DNA of 64,000 nucleotides from Podarcis liolepis (lineage: Eukaryota), in the NCBI GenBank assembly GCA_965112155.1, contig OZ218098.1; one strand, written 5' to 3'. Positions 26,201 to 38,452 of the stretch are shown here, in pieces; the first letter of the stretch is position 1, and each line of letters starts with the position of its first letter. The notes under the pieces were generated by a model. That model worked only from the letters and a program-made list of their open reading frames with translations, was not told where the DNA came from and did no database searches. The position numbers and the translations under genes were made by a program.

Positions 26201-29200
26201 CTACACAGAATTAGAGACACTGAGCACTGAAAATATCTAGAGTCCATTTTTAAAGTATGCTATGCATACTTAAAAAGTTGGAAACTTTGAATTAAATTCA
26301 TAGGGTCATTTCAAAGCATATCTATTCAGTCTTGAGGTACCAGGATACCGAGACATCCAAACATCAGCAAAAGATTAATTGTTATACTAAGGCAAGTAGA
26401 CAGCTGCCCATTCATCTCATACCACTATGTTTTTTCCTTCCATTTACACTGTATGAATCTAAAATCTTTAATTCAGTCCTACACTCTCCACATCTTGTTC
26501 TACTGAAATTAACTGTCCTGAAATAACTTTACAATCATTTTAAGTGAGGGTAGATAGTGACATTTTTTCCACAATGAAGTGGTAGGGGAGCACACAGGGC
26601 TCTAACCTGAATTGTCAACTACCACTCAAAAGATTACTACATTCAAGGGCAATCCTCAGTACAAGACAGTTCACACAGCCCAGCCAGCTTTCCTGAAGGA
26701 AGAATACATGGGAAACTGTAAATAAGGACCCAAAATTCGAGTCCATTTGCTTTTTAAAGTCTTCTAGATTCTTTTTTAATTTTATACTACTTTGTAAACA
26801 TTTCATAATCACAATGTATTTTATTTTTTTAGCAGATTCATTTTTGCTATGTATGAAGATGATTCTCAAACAGACACAGGTAAATCACTATTGACAGGTC
26901 TTGTTGACACTCATCTATGCACATTCCAAAATCATGTTCACCTCTCTCTCATTGCTATCATATAGAAAAGAAATGGAATACTAAGATTCCAAATTTAGGA
27001 ATGATTTAACAATGCATTTTGGCTGTATGAAGAGGATTTCTTTAATGGTCAGGAGGCCTTATGCTTCAGATCTTGCAATATGTTTTATTAGCAGCAGCAA
27101 TGGTTTCTGAAACTCTGTTCTATGGTACTCTGTGCTTCCTTGAAAACCTATCAAGGGATCCACAATAGTTTTAATTTATTAGATATGTATTTCACTTTTG
27201 GCTTGGAGTCCTCAGAGTGGCTCACATTCCACGTGGGAAGATACAGGGAGGGGGGAGGATGAAGAACAACATTATCAATGCGAATACAGTGGTACCTCTG
27301 GTTATGAACTTAATTTGTTCCGGAGATCCGTTCTTAACCTGAAACTGTTCTTAACCTGAGGTACCACTTAAGCTAATGGGGCCTCCCACAGACCCGCTGC
27401 CACTGCACTAACTGCACGCGATTTCTGTTCTCATCCTGGGGCAAAGTTCTTAACCCGAGGTACTACTGTCCTACTTCCGGGTTAGTAGAGTCTATAACCC
27501 GAAGTGTTTGTAACCCAGGTGTTTGTAACCTTAGGTACCACTGTATTGGTAATGATGGGCAAGCTTCTCTGAAAGACAGCCCTGCCCACTGAATCATACA
27601 CTGTTTGCTATTGCAGACAAACAACTAAACCATATTTTGTACCATCTTGTTTTGCTGGGGTAAGGAAGAGGGAGAGATACAGGAAGAACGGCCTATTACT
27701 ATGACTGTAGTTTTCAAATTTTCTACTTTCAGGGAAACCCACGCTAACTTTTCTGAAGGGAAACCCCTACAATGTAGAATATTATGATGCATGTCCTAAG
27801 ATGGGCAGTCCATTCATGCAGCGCTCTAAGGCAGCCTACCGGATCTCATCATTGCCCTCTGGGAATTAAAAACACACTCTAGAACACACTAATGCATCCC
27901 TTCAGCTTTACATTGCAATGGAAGATCAGCAATGGTGGGCAAGCCATTCTTCAGGAAAGCTTGCCCACCATTCTTGATCTTCTGATTGCAGGATTCCTAA
28001 TAAGTTTCCAAGGATCTCATGGGTTTCCCACACTACCGTTCAAAAACTCCTAGCAATATCTTGGTTTTGGTTTCATATTCTCCCGAGTGGCAAATATTCC
28101 TTCTCAACATCAAACAGAGATCACTCATGTGTCGAAGAAACAAAGTTCTACAGCCTTTGCTGCTGCTTCATATACCGTCTGATTTATATGCAAACATCAT
28201 TAAGAAAAAAAAAAATTAAATTCACATAATTGTTCCCTCAGTTGTTGAATAAGCCTACTAGTTGCACTCGATTCACTGGTAGCTGCTTGGCAGTGACAGC
28301 TGAGATGTGGAGCACAAATGTCACTGTTAGGTGTATAGCTTTTATATTATATTTTATATAGCCTAATAATTTTTTTGGGTAAAATCTAAGAAGTTTTTGG
28401 TAAGCATGACTTTTGCTTTATCTGCTGTGATTCCTCTTATGGAGTTCCCTCTCACGAATTCTTAAAATATCTCAGCATTAAACTATTTCCATACTGAGAG
28501 ACCACAGTGAAGCATTTCTGGGTGCTCAGAGAATGGCAGTCGCTCTTCCAAACACTGATAGAGAAACACCAAAAGGTTGCCTTTCTGTTTACAAAGCTCT
28601 TGTTCTCTAAACTTCCAGGTAGAATATTGATTTTCTCTATCCAAAATCGCCTACAAATGCATACATACAGTACATACACATATATCCTGAATGGAGTTCT
28701 AACAGTTTAAACCTTTTTCTCTGCTAATGAAGCTGATATTTTATCTACCAGTCTCTGCTTTATTAATGTTGTCATTGCTACAGCTGGAATCTTTGCCACA
28801 GCAAAACAAGGGGAAGGCTCAGCAGTGGAGCACAAGCTCTTCATGCAAAAGTTCCCAGGTTCATTTCCCAGCATCTCTAATTAAAAAGCATCTCAGGTCA
28901 GGCCTTGGAAAGACCTCTGGCCGAGGCCTCATTGTGAGCTGAAGTAAACAAATGCTGGATTAAAGACCAATGATCTGACACAGTGTAAGACGATTTCCTA
29001 TGCAAATAAATACATGCAGTTTGCCAACTCATTTATTTTTCCTCTGAGGAAATACCTTTTGTGCTACATATAAAATGTGCTGCCTTGCTTATTTCCCACC
29101 TAGTTTGAAGGTCTACCACAAGGGGAGTCACATAGATATGTAAACCAAAAGTATTCCTGATGCAACTGCCTGTAAATTAATGACACATTCACAGGAGCTT

Positions 29201-29896
29201 GATTCCAAGTTCTCAGATATGATTATCATTGAAGTATCTTGTTCTTGTGTTATTTTGAAACAAATCTAATGGTTAGTGCCTTAGACTGCTTGTTCTCACC
29301 ATGTTCATTGTTTTTCCTCTCTTCCCCATCAGTTTTCAAATGCCATATCTATGGCAATCCCTTCATTAAGAGATTTTTTAATTATCTAAAATTGCACACC
29401 GCACAGTAGTTCTATTCCACATACAGCTCCTCCTGGGGCTGCCTGTTTGTTAATACCACACATCTGCTTGCCACATAAAGCTCCTCCTTTCCCTTCTGCT
29501 CTCCAAAATCCGTCCTTCACTGCTAACATCGATTTTTCCAACACGTCTGACTCTGGCCAAAGCAGCACAAGCTCCCCATTACATACAGGAAAAAAGGGAG
29601 AGTGCAGTCACAAACAATCAATATGCAAAAGACCTACTCTTTGCAAAGGCAAAAAGATACTTGCCCGCAGAGGCTAACAACATTTTGTTGAAGCAATGCA
29701 GGCAGATGAAACTGAAGGCAGCTTATGGGGAACGGCATCAAAGCACCAGCACAGATTCTCCAGCTGATCCTTCTGACTGATATCAGCCAAACAAGTTCCA
29801 AGGAATACTCACCTCCTGGTTGTAGATCTGCAGCACCTTGAGAATAGTATCTTGCTCCCCACTTTCGACAGTCTCTAGCACAGTCCGGAGCGCCAT
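13007..29896 (-). CDS. RIC8A: Synembryn-A / RIC8 guanine nucleotide exchange factor A (544 aa)
   Basis: Ten coding exons on -: 29896-29813, 25005-24958, 22498-21884, 20237-20143, 19442-19292, 18607-18512, 18167-18023, 17157-17013, 15873-15754, 13142-13007. Total 1635 nt in frame, all GT-AG. Motifs [35 protein letters not shown]2 motif [31 protein letters not shown]. Confidence 0.97.
18801..18936. mobile_element. hAT-type MITE (palindromic)
   Basis: TIR CAGGCACCCCCAACCT...AGGTTGGGGATGCCTG; TSD GAGTAGAT. Confidence 0.85.
18945..19092. mobile_element. Second hAT-type MITE adjacent to the first
   Basis: Imperfect TIR CATAGGCATAGCCAG...CTGGCTCCACCCATG; TSD GAGTAGAT on both sides. Confidence 0.75.
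20830..21059. mobile_element. Tc1/mariner(pogo)-type MITE with internal TTCGTCTTGCGA repeats
   Basis: TIR CAGTGGTGCCCCGCAAGACGAA...TTCGTCTTGCGGGGCACCACTG; TA TSD. Confidence 0.88.
23211..23240. repeat. (CT)n microsatellite
   Basis: Direct read. Confidence 0.9.
23272..23624 (-). mobile_element. Sauria SINE
   Basis: GGTAAAGGGACCCCTGACCATTAGGTCCAGTC...CATGTGGCCAGCATGACTAAGCCGCT...GGTACCTATTTATCTACTTGCACTT, with an (ACCTTT)-type tail on -. Confidence 0.85.
25215..25440. mobile_element. Tc1/mariner(pogo)-type MITE
   Basis: CAGTACTACCTCAGG...CCGAGGTACCACTG, TA flanks. Same family as 27287, 56193 and 62301. Confidence 0.85.
27287..27543. mobile_element. Tc1/mariner(pogo)-type MITE
   Basis: CAGTGGTACCTC...AGGTACCACTG, TA flanks. 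Confidence 0.85.
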
Positions 29897-31923
29897 TGCT
29901 CCACGGTGTGGAGGTGGCCTGGAGTGCTGTAAAGTGTGGCAAGCGGCTTTGCAGTCTGGCTGGATAATTACAGATGCGCAGGGCCCTAATCACACAGCTG
30001 AGGAGGAGATGAGGAAAGCAAAGTGAGACTGCCCACTTCAATATGCCCAAAGCACAGAGCAGATGGATGATCCTAGTAAAACCAGCCAGCAGCTCACTCG
30101 CTCTCTCACACTAATCCTCTTCCCTCACTGAGCTTTGCAGCTTTTAAAAAATGCCCTCCCAGCAAAGCACCTACAAAAGCCTCCCCCTCCCCCAGTCTGA
30201 GGATTACCTCAGAAGGGATGCTGCAGCTCCCTGAAATAGCCTCCCTCCTCCAACTGTCCTGGTTTCTGTTACAGCACAGAAAAACCTAGAACCATCCCAG
30301 TGATATATTTTAAAAATGTGCATAGCACAATATAGGCAAACATACACACTCCCCCAAATAGGTTAAGGTGGCAAAATCATTTGTCAGGTTTCCACAGATC
30401 TGAGTATCTTTTAAATTGACTCCCGTTAGATCCAAATACATGAACCTGGTTAAATGTATCATCTGTATTCAATTGCCACAGAGTAACAAACATGGCAACT
30501 GTTTAAAGGATGTGTGGCCATGTTTGTTTCCCTCCAGTGGTCTTTCTAATCACAGCACATGATGTCAGCACACAGTGACAAGGTGAGAGAGATCAGCAGG
30601 CCATGCACACAAGCTGGGTGAGGCAACAAGAAGTCCATGCCTGTCCCATCTTGAGAGTACTCAGCCTTATAATCAAGTGCATTCCATTTACATTATAGAA
30701 TCCATCCTGGCCTTCATAACTAAAATGCTAATCATTATGATATATGTCTCTTCCTGCAAGTTGCAAATTATGTGCAAGCCAGAATTACAGAAGCCTGATA
30801 ACATTCCCAGAATGCCATGAGTTGTACTATCTAAGAGTCACGTCTCATTTTTAGAGGTGCCTGACCTTCACACTTTACATGTGTACTGAGGAATACACTA
30901 CCCAGCTGCCACAAAGTGTGAAATTGCTGTGAGCTACAGCTTACATTGACATAATTAAATACTTGCTATGAATTCTTTGCAAACCAGCAAAGAGTATGGC
31001 ACAGAACAACATCCAAATAAAGGACTAAGAGATACGATGCTATATATTTATGACCAGATACAGACAGGCATTGTCAATTCTGGCACAGCACCACCATTCT
31101 TGGATCCATAAATGCTTCATCTCATAAGAATTCAGCTGTCTTTTATACAAAATTTAATCAGCTCTCAGAGCTACAGGCATTGGAACAGTGGGGTATGTAT
31201 GTGTGGAGACTGAGATGTAAACATAACCAGAGTATTAGAAACAAACTGCATGAAAATAAGCAGCCTTCTGTACACATAGTTAATGCACGTCCCAACCCAG
31301 GGCCAATCACGCAACTAGTTCCTCGCAACTGGAGCTGGATCAAGGTCTCTATTGCTAAATCCCTGAAATCTTGTGGGGAATGTGGGCTTGTATGTTTTCC
31401 TGTATTCTCTTTTAAACACTGTACAAAAAGTTTTATGCCAGTTCTTTAACAATAAAATTGTCCCCTGATTTCTCCAAGCACCCTGGTAGATTTGTCTGGG
31501 GCCATTTGTCCCAAACTGGGTCCATTTGTCTCAAGTACAAATTGCGATTTGGCATACTGTTATTCAACTCCTATTAGGAAGGTTTGCAATGGAGTGGAAA
31601 CATGAGTTTTGTGTTTACAACAAATAATTCAGACCATCTTTTGCCATAAGGTGTAACCCATTTTCTAAGGGAACTAAAAAGGAAAATATAGAATCATGGC
31701 ATAAATTAGCTCTTAATTGCAAAACAGTTTTTTGACATCAAGCATTGTCAACAAGTGAAAGTTTATCAAAGAATGAGGCCAATAGCTCAACTGATTGTAT
31801 GAGTTAGCTTGTAACAGCTTGCGAAACAGATCACTTCCTTTATCTTATATAGACTTGTGATAATCTGAAACAAAAGCAAAGCATTTTTAATAAGGTATAT
31901 ACCTTGAAATAGGAAACATCTGG

Positions 31924-31980
31924 CTTGCTACAATGACTGTAGTTAGCACTGTACTTGCTACAATGACTGTAGTTAGCACT
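31924..31980. repeat. 30-bp tandem duplication
   Basis: CTTGCTACAATGACTGTAGTTAGCACT(GTA) occurs twice in tandem. Confidence 0.9.
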
Positions 31981-33606
31981 TCCACTACAGGTCCACACAA
32001 ATGCAAGGATTTTGTAATTTAGAAACAGCCATATCAGTTTATTTTTCACCATTTCCAGTGCCCACACTGGAAAAAAGATCAGCATCAAACAGAATATGCA
32101 AACCTTTGTATATGAATGAAAATGTAAAGCTGAAGTCAGACCTGTTTCTGTTTAGGCAAGCCATATATACATAATTATGTTAATCTTTTAAACTCCATCA
32201 AAGCCTACTGCCATCCACATCCCTCTGGAAAACATTCACAAGCTGGGGGAAATGTAAAATATCCCATTAACCTATATCCCAGCCTGTCATCCAACATGCA
32301 AGCTACAGAACAGACTCCAAAATGGTTTAAAATAATATTGTTTATATATCCATTTTTTCCTTTTTTTAAAAAAGCCAAAAAATCATTTTCACTATAAATT
32401 CATGCCTAGCTAGTCCTACTAACCTGAATTCAGAAATTTAAAAACCAAACTAATCAGAGGATGAGGGGAAAATATTACCTTCTTTTTAGTTAAGCTGCCT
32501 TTTGTGTGTGCAGTTTTCGATCAGACTTCCTGCTTCATTTCCTGAAAACAGCAACTCTCCCTCCTTCCCCCAACCCTACCAAATGCAGTTTTCAAGAGCA
32601 GGCAGCGGCTTTGTTGTCATTCTGCTAGAAATCCTGCTAGCAGAAAACAGAGGGCGCAGTGGGGAACCACAATGCTGGACTGCTCATCCAAAGACTGTAG
32701 AAGAGAAAGAACAGGAGGTCTCTTGGGAATTCCACCCCTTTCAGTAACTGTCTTCAGGCTGATGGGAAATGGTGAATGCAAAACCATACGGGAAGTGAGA
32801 AATCATGGAACAGAGCAAATGATTGGCTACAGTCAACTCTTGGCTTTGCTCCCCAGGCAGCAGTCAGAAATGGCAAACCAGCACCCACAGATTGGATATC
32901 CAAAGGGTAAAAAAGAAATCACCTGGATTTTGTTTTACTCTTGGAGATAACAGACTTATGGAAACCCTTAACCCAGCTTGTTATTTCAGAGTCCTATTTT
33001 GATTCTTCACTAACTAGATAGATAATACTTTAATCTTCTGTAATGGTACTTACAGAAGCTTGTATCCTCTTACTATTATTGTTTTAAGATTTTGGCGTTT
33101 GTCACCCTGGAGTCCTTTGAGATGAAGGCTGGGGTAGAAATTTAATAAATAATGACATAGATTAATGAGGTAGGAATAACTGCTACATCATTGTTCTACA
33201 TAAATATTGATCTAGATTCTAGACAAACACTTAAATGTATCACTCTTCTATGTATAAGCATAAAAAGTCAATTGTACCAATATTTAACTACCCTCGCTCC
33301 AGGGGGGCAACTTGTATAAAATATGGGGGGGGGAGGTAATCAATCACATGATGCAGTGCATGCACACAATTTGAGGGCTGGCCCCCTCAAATATTTTATT
33401 GGGGTGGCCGAATACCCCTTGCCCTCTAGGAGTTTGCGCCTATGCCTCTCTCTATGATTATTACACTAAGGGAAAAGTAATCCATATTATCTGTTCCTAT
33501 CTACGGTATGTGTTTCGGTTAGTTAACATGTCATTTTAGACTACTTTCTTGAATGAGTTCACTAACTTCAGTTCCACAAGGGATTTACCTCTGAGTAACT
33601 CCCCTT

Positions 33607-33849
33607 TGTCCCAGCTCCTGCCAACCTAGCAGTTTGAAAGCACACCAGCACGAGTAGATACGCTCTGGCACTCATCATGGTGTTCTGTGCGCCAGAAGCG
33701 GTTTAGTCATGCTCGCCACATGACCTGGGAAAGCTGTCTGCAGACAAATGCCGGATCCTTCAGCCTGAAAGCAGAGATGAGCATCACACCCCATAGTCGA
33801 ATTCAACTGGACTTAACCGTCCAGGGGTCCTTCACCATTATCTTTACCT
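33607..33849 (+). mobile_element. Sauria SINE (degenerate, internally deleted)
   Basis: Reverse-complement match to the copy at 23272. Confidence 0.75.
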
Positions 33850-34380
33850 AAACATTTATTTATTTAAAATAGTTGCAGGCTGCCTTTCTAGTAAAGAAAC
33901 TGCTAATTTTATCAAATAAATGTCTTTGAGCACATGCAAGCAGAGCAAGTAAACATCTGGTTGCTGTGTTATGAATAATTACCATAGGTGCACCAACTCT
34001 GCATGCGATTACACTGTAAGCCATCACAACACAAAGTTATCTGGCCCCTCAGTATGAAGATCATCCTTGCTCCTGGTGTGTTGGTAAGTGCTTTTGGACA
34101 AGACTGGACTTGCCCCTTATAAATGTATTTGGGCTTTTAGCCAGAATCCCATTCCCTTCAAAGGAACTTAAGCAACTTGCATGCAGGATGCCAGCCTTAA
34201 TTACCAATTATTATTTTGGAGTTATATACCAGTTCTTGGCAATGTATTGTATCCAGTACAAGAAAATTAGTGTCCGGTATATTTAACCTGAAGAAAAACA
34301 CATGAAGAAATTAGATGAACTGGAAGAACTAACATACTCATAAATTGTTTACATACGCAAACAAGTTTCTGTAAGCCATT

Positions 34381-34606
34381 AGGTAAAGGGACCCTTGACC
34401 ATTAGGTCCAGTCGTGGCCGACTCTGGGGTTGTGGCGCTCATCACGCTTTATTGGCCAAGGGAGCCAGTGTACAGCTTCCGGGTCATGTGGCCAGCATGA
34501 CTAAGCCGCTTCTGGCGAACCAAAGCAGCACACAGAAATGCCGTTTACCTTCCTGCTGGAGCGGTACCTATTTATCTACTTGCACTTTGACATGCTTTTG
34601 AACTGC
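34381..34606 (-). mobile_element. Sauria SINE (truncated)
   Basis: Same sequence as the copy at 23272. Confidence 0.82.
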
Positions 34607-34789
34607 ACAAAACCTGGAAGGTATGAGCGTGGTGGCATAAAAATGTCACACTTTAGCATCTGGTTTGCCAAACGCTCCAAGGCTCACTTGGAAGAATAAA
34701 TAATCTTATAGATTTGCACTGTTCAAGAAAAAAGGGCGAGGAAGGAGTGCCACCTTTTCCTCTAAACGACTTCTTGCCCTTTTAATACC

Positions 34790-35300
34790 TGTGCGACACG
34801 AATTCAGCCAACGAGCCTTTGTCGCAACCCACTAGAAGCCAGAGCGGGCCCCTTACATGGCAATCCTGCCCGAGGCCGTGGACCATCCAAGTCGTTCCCG
34901 AATAACAAGGGCGACGAGGCCTCCGCAAGAGCAGCCTGAGGCCGCCTCCCTCTCCAGCCGAGTGGAGGGCTGACAGGAGGGGACGCTGCGGCCGAGGGGG
35001 GAGTTTCCTCGGCTAGCCGAGCCTTCCCCGCCGCCGCCGCCGCCGCCGCTGCTCCTCCTCCTGCTCTCTGTGGGCGGAGCGGGACACGAAGGCAGGAAGC
35101 GGCCATGGCGGACTGGGGGCGAGGTGAGAGCGCGGAAGAGGATGGCGAGGGGGCGCCTGAGCGGGAGCGGGTGGCGGCGGCGGCGCTGCCTTCCCTCAGG
35201 AGAACGGGGCTTGGGGCGCCGTTGCTCCGGCTCGTCGCGCTGCCTCAGGACCTCCGTGGCCTGTGCTGGGGGTGGGGGACGGGGAACAAAGGAGGCATTC
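34790..35300. promoter_or_regulatory. CpG island: BET1L promoter, probably bidirectional with RIC8A; contains (CCG)7 at 35028-35048
   Basis: CpG-dense and spans BET1L exon 1. RIC8A is divergent, and its first coding exon is preceded by a splice acceptor. Confidence 0.75.
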
Positions 35301-37256
35301 TGATCCTCCCCAGGTCACAGTTGCCACCTTCCCCCCTGCTCCGGGCTCCTGTGTCTTCTGTAGTTGACTAACAGGCAAGGACGTGGCAGCTGTTTTGCCC
35401 ATGCTTTGCCAGTGTGGCTTTCTGTTGTGGTGGAGGAATGGACTCTTCCCCGCTCGCAGGGCATTTGTGTGTGTGTCTGCAGTGTGGGGTAACATCCCAC
35501 ACTAGCAAGTGGGGAGCCTGCTGTGCCCTGTGATGGTGAAAATAGGCTTTGGAGTGAGCTGGGGGAAGGTCTTCAAAATAACCACACATTTTACCATATT
35601 TTGTTGTTGTTGTTTAGTCGTTTAGTCGTGTCCGACTCTTCGTGACCCCATGAACCAGAGCACGCCAGGCCCTCCTGTCTTCCACTGCCTCCCGCAGTAT
35701 TACCTTTTGTTTTAACAGCTGTTATGTTTTAGCTGCACTAAGTGGCATAATTATTTTATCTTCATTTCAGGTCAGAATGCCAATGCTGTGGATGATATGT
35801 TAGATGTGGAAAATAAGCGTATGACCGAAAACCTAGCCTCCAAAGTCACCCGGCTAAAATCGGTTTGTAGATTACTTACTTTACTTGGGGCTCATCCACA
35901 CTTACCTTTTGCCCTGTGTTTTCTAGGCACAGGGCTGTGCTTTGAAATGTCATCACTGAACATGTTTTATTTCTCTTGCCCTGGCGCTTTTCCATCGAAA
36001 ACTTGCTCTTTCACGCTGAATCAGAACAAATAGAAATTTGTGGCATTTGGGCAAAAAGGAAGTCTGGATGAGCCCTTGCTCTTTGATTGCTGTCTTGCTC
36101 TCCAGAAGACTTTGGTCTTTGAGGGTTTTTGTTTTTGTCCCCACCCCCCTTGTATTTAGTAATATACAGAGAATTTCTCAGGAGCAAATGATATTCTTGT
36201 TTGCAGTTTTATTAGTTCTTTCCGAAAGTTGTCTAGGTATCAATAACTGCTTCATTCTGTGTTTTCAATAGCTTGCACTGGACATTGACAAAGATGCTGA
36301 GGATCAAAATCACTACTTGGATGGCATGGTAAGCAACTGTTTGCACTCTTTAAGAATTACTGATGAAGCTCAGCATGAGCAAACAGGACAATTAGTTTGC
36401 AGTGAAACATATTTCTGTACAGAGAAGAAATCACCCACAAGTCTATTGGTGTAAGTTGCTCTGTTCCAGAGAGTTAATGTGTTTTAGCCTGCCTTTATAC
36501 TTCTGGGACATGCTCATGCACACGTATCTTTTTTTCCTTTCCAAGAGGGACCAAACTTGTTGGTCTTCTGTTGGTAGTGATTCCCTGAGAAACTGGTGTT
36601 CAGTGATCTGGTATCTAATGGCAAATATGCTGTGAAACTATTTTATGCAGTAAAATTGAGGTTCGTGTCAAATATTCTGAATTTCTTATGCAAGAAGTAC
36701 CTGAATGAACAAGTGTGCAAACCTTGTGTGGACCTTGCACAGACTACCACATGTTATAATGATCACATAGAAGTCTTATTTTCTCACTGGATTATCGCAA
36801 GGATAAATGAGATCAAAATATGCACGCAGTAAAGTCATTTAAAATTGTTATTGACAAGGTCAAATCTTGAATTTCACTAGTGTATTTTGCTGGTGTGGGA
36901 TCTGAGCACATGTGTCTGCATTTGTTTGGGTTTTCTTTTTAAATATTAACAGTGTTAAATTGGAATTCAATTAACTGAGTTAAATATATTTCTCTCACTG
37001 AAATATGCCATATGTATATATAATCATGTTGCTTCTTTCAGTAAGCAATGTCTTCTAAATACCTTATTATTTCTACTCTTGGTGTTAGGATTCCGATTTC
37101 ATGAGTGTGACAGGCCTTCTGACGGGGAGTGTGAAGCGTTTCTCCACTATGACCCGGTCGGGAAGAGACAATCGTAAACTTCTTTGCTACGTCTCTGCTG
37201 GACTGATTGTAGTCTTCTTCATCCTCTATTATTTGGTTACAAGAGCACGGACTTGA
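35105..37256 (+). CDS. BET1L: BET1-like Golgi SNARE (GS15), 111 aa
   Basis: Exons 35105-35123, 35771-35862, 36272-36328, 37089-37256 (336 nt). MADWGRGQNANAVDDMLDVENKRMTENLASKVTRLKSLALDIDKDAEDQNHYLDGMDSDF...TM domain LIVVFFILYYLV. Confidence 0.97.
35601..35698 (-). mobile_element. BovB (RTE) LINE 3' terminal fragment
   Basis: On -: GGCGTGCTCTGGTTCATGGGGTCACGAAGAGTCGGACACGACTAAACGACTAAAC(AAC)n, the characteristic BovB 3' end. Confidence 0.8.
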
Positions 37257-38196
37257 GTAATTGTCAAGATTTTGTATTGGATAGTTGTTGAAGAGGGGGA
37301 AAAACTGATGAAGAAAATGGTTTTGGAAGATCTTCAGATCCTGAAAATATTATTCAAATGTTGACAGTCATCCAGAGGCACCTCTGTGGATTTCAGTATC
37401 GTCTTTGGATTGTTTTGACGCTCTCTCTTAAAAAGAATATAATTTATTCTGTCACTGTTCCTTTGAAAATTTAAATGCAGCACAATTCACATCCTTGTTG
37501 AAACCAAGTCTCTATATAATACCTTATTCTCTCTGCTGTCTGGGTGGGAAAGCATGCTGGTGATGCCACCTCTTATAATTTTGTGGTTAGCAGGAAAATC
37601 CTGACACCCATGTCAGAGATGTTCAAGTGCCCAATTTAAATGAAAAAATACTACCTGGAGGACTGTGATGCATCTCTTGAGAACTAATTGTGTTATGGAC
37701 AACTTCTTCCTAGAAAAATAACTTTGAATTTATTTCCACTTCTGTTAACACCAGCATTTATAAGTAGTCAAACAATCCTTTTTGCCTATTACTCTCAAGG
37801 ACTTGCTTAGTAAAACAGAGAATATTCCTAAACGAAGGAAGAGTGAGAACTTGCACAAATGATTTTATCTCATTTTTTTCCTTCTTGTTCTAGTCTGTCC
37901 CCTGACCAAATTATTTATATTTGTTTCTTGTTATACAAACCTTACCTTATAGCAAGTTAAAGTATATTCGCTTTAAAAAGTTTGTCCAAATCATCCTTTC
38001 TGTTAAAGAATTTTATTGATTCATTGATTCTTGGTTAAGTCTTCTTTAGCTGGCTGCTGAATAATTATCCACTTCTCTCTGGAATCAAGTAGCATTTTGC
38101 AATACTCCTCAGTTTTAATGTTTGTTACTAGGTTCTGGCACCTGGAGTGCCAGAAAGGTATTAACAGCAAAACTGGAGTTAAGTTTGTGTGTGATA

Positions 38197-38202
<6 letters not shown>

Positions 38203-38259
<57 letters not shown>

Positions 38260-38452
38260 TTCGTAGATTTTCACGGGTACAGGAATGCAGGTTTTGGTGT
38301 CCTCGGGTGTCTTCCCGTGTAAAAGTTGGGGTGTCTAGGCGACGTCGCCTAGACACCCCAACTTTTACACGGGAAGACACCCGAGGACACCAAAACCTGC
38401 ATATATATATATATATATATATATATGAGAAAGTGTGTGTGTGTGTGTGTGT
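38203..38452. repeat. 118-bp perfect palindrome (38285-38402) between (TA)n tracts, followed by (GT)n; probable Penelope-like element remnant
   Basis: The arms are exact reverse complements centred on GAC|GTC (38343/38344). (TA)n at ~38203-38254 and 38401-38426. Confidence 0.85.
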
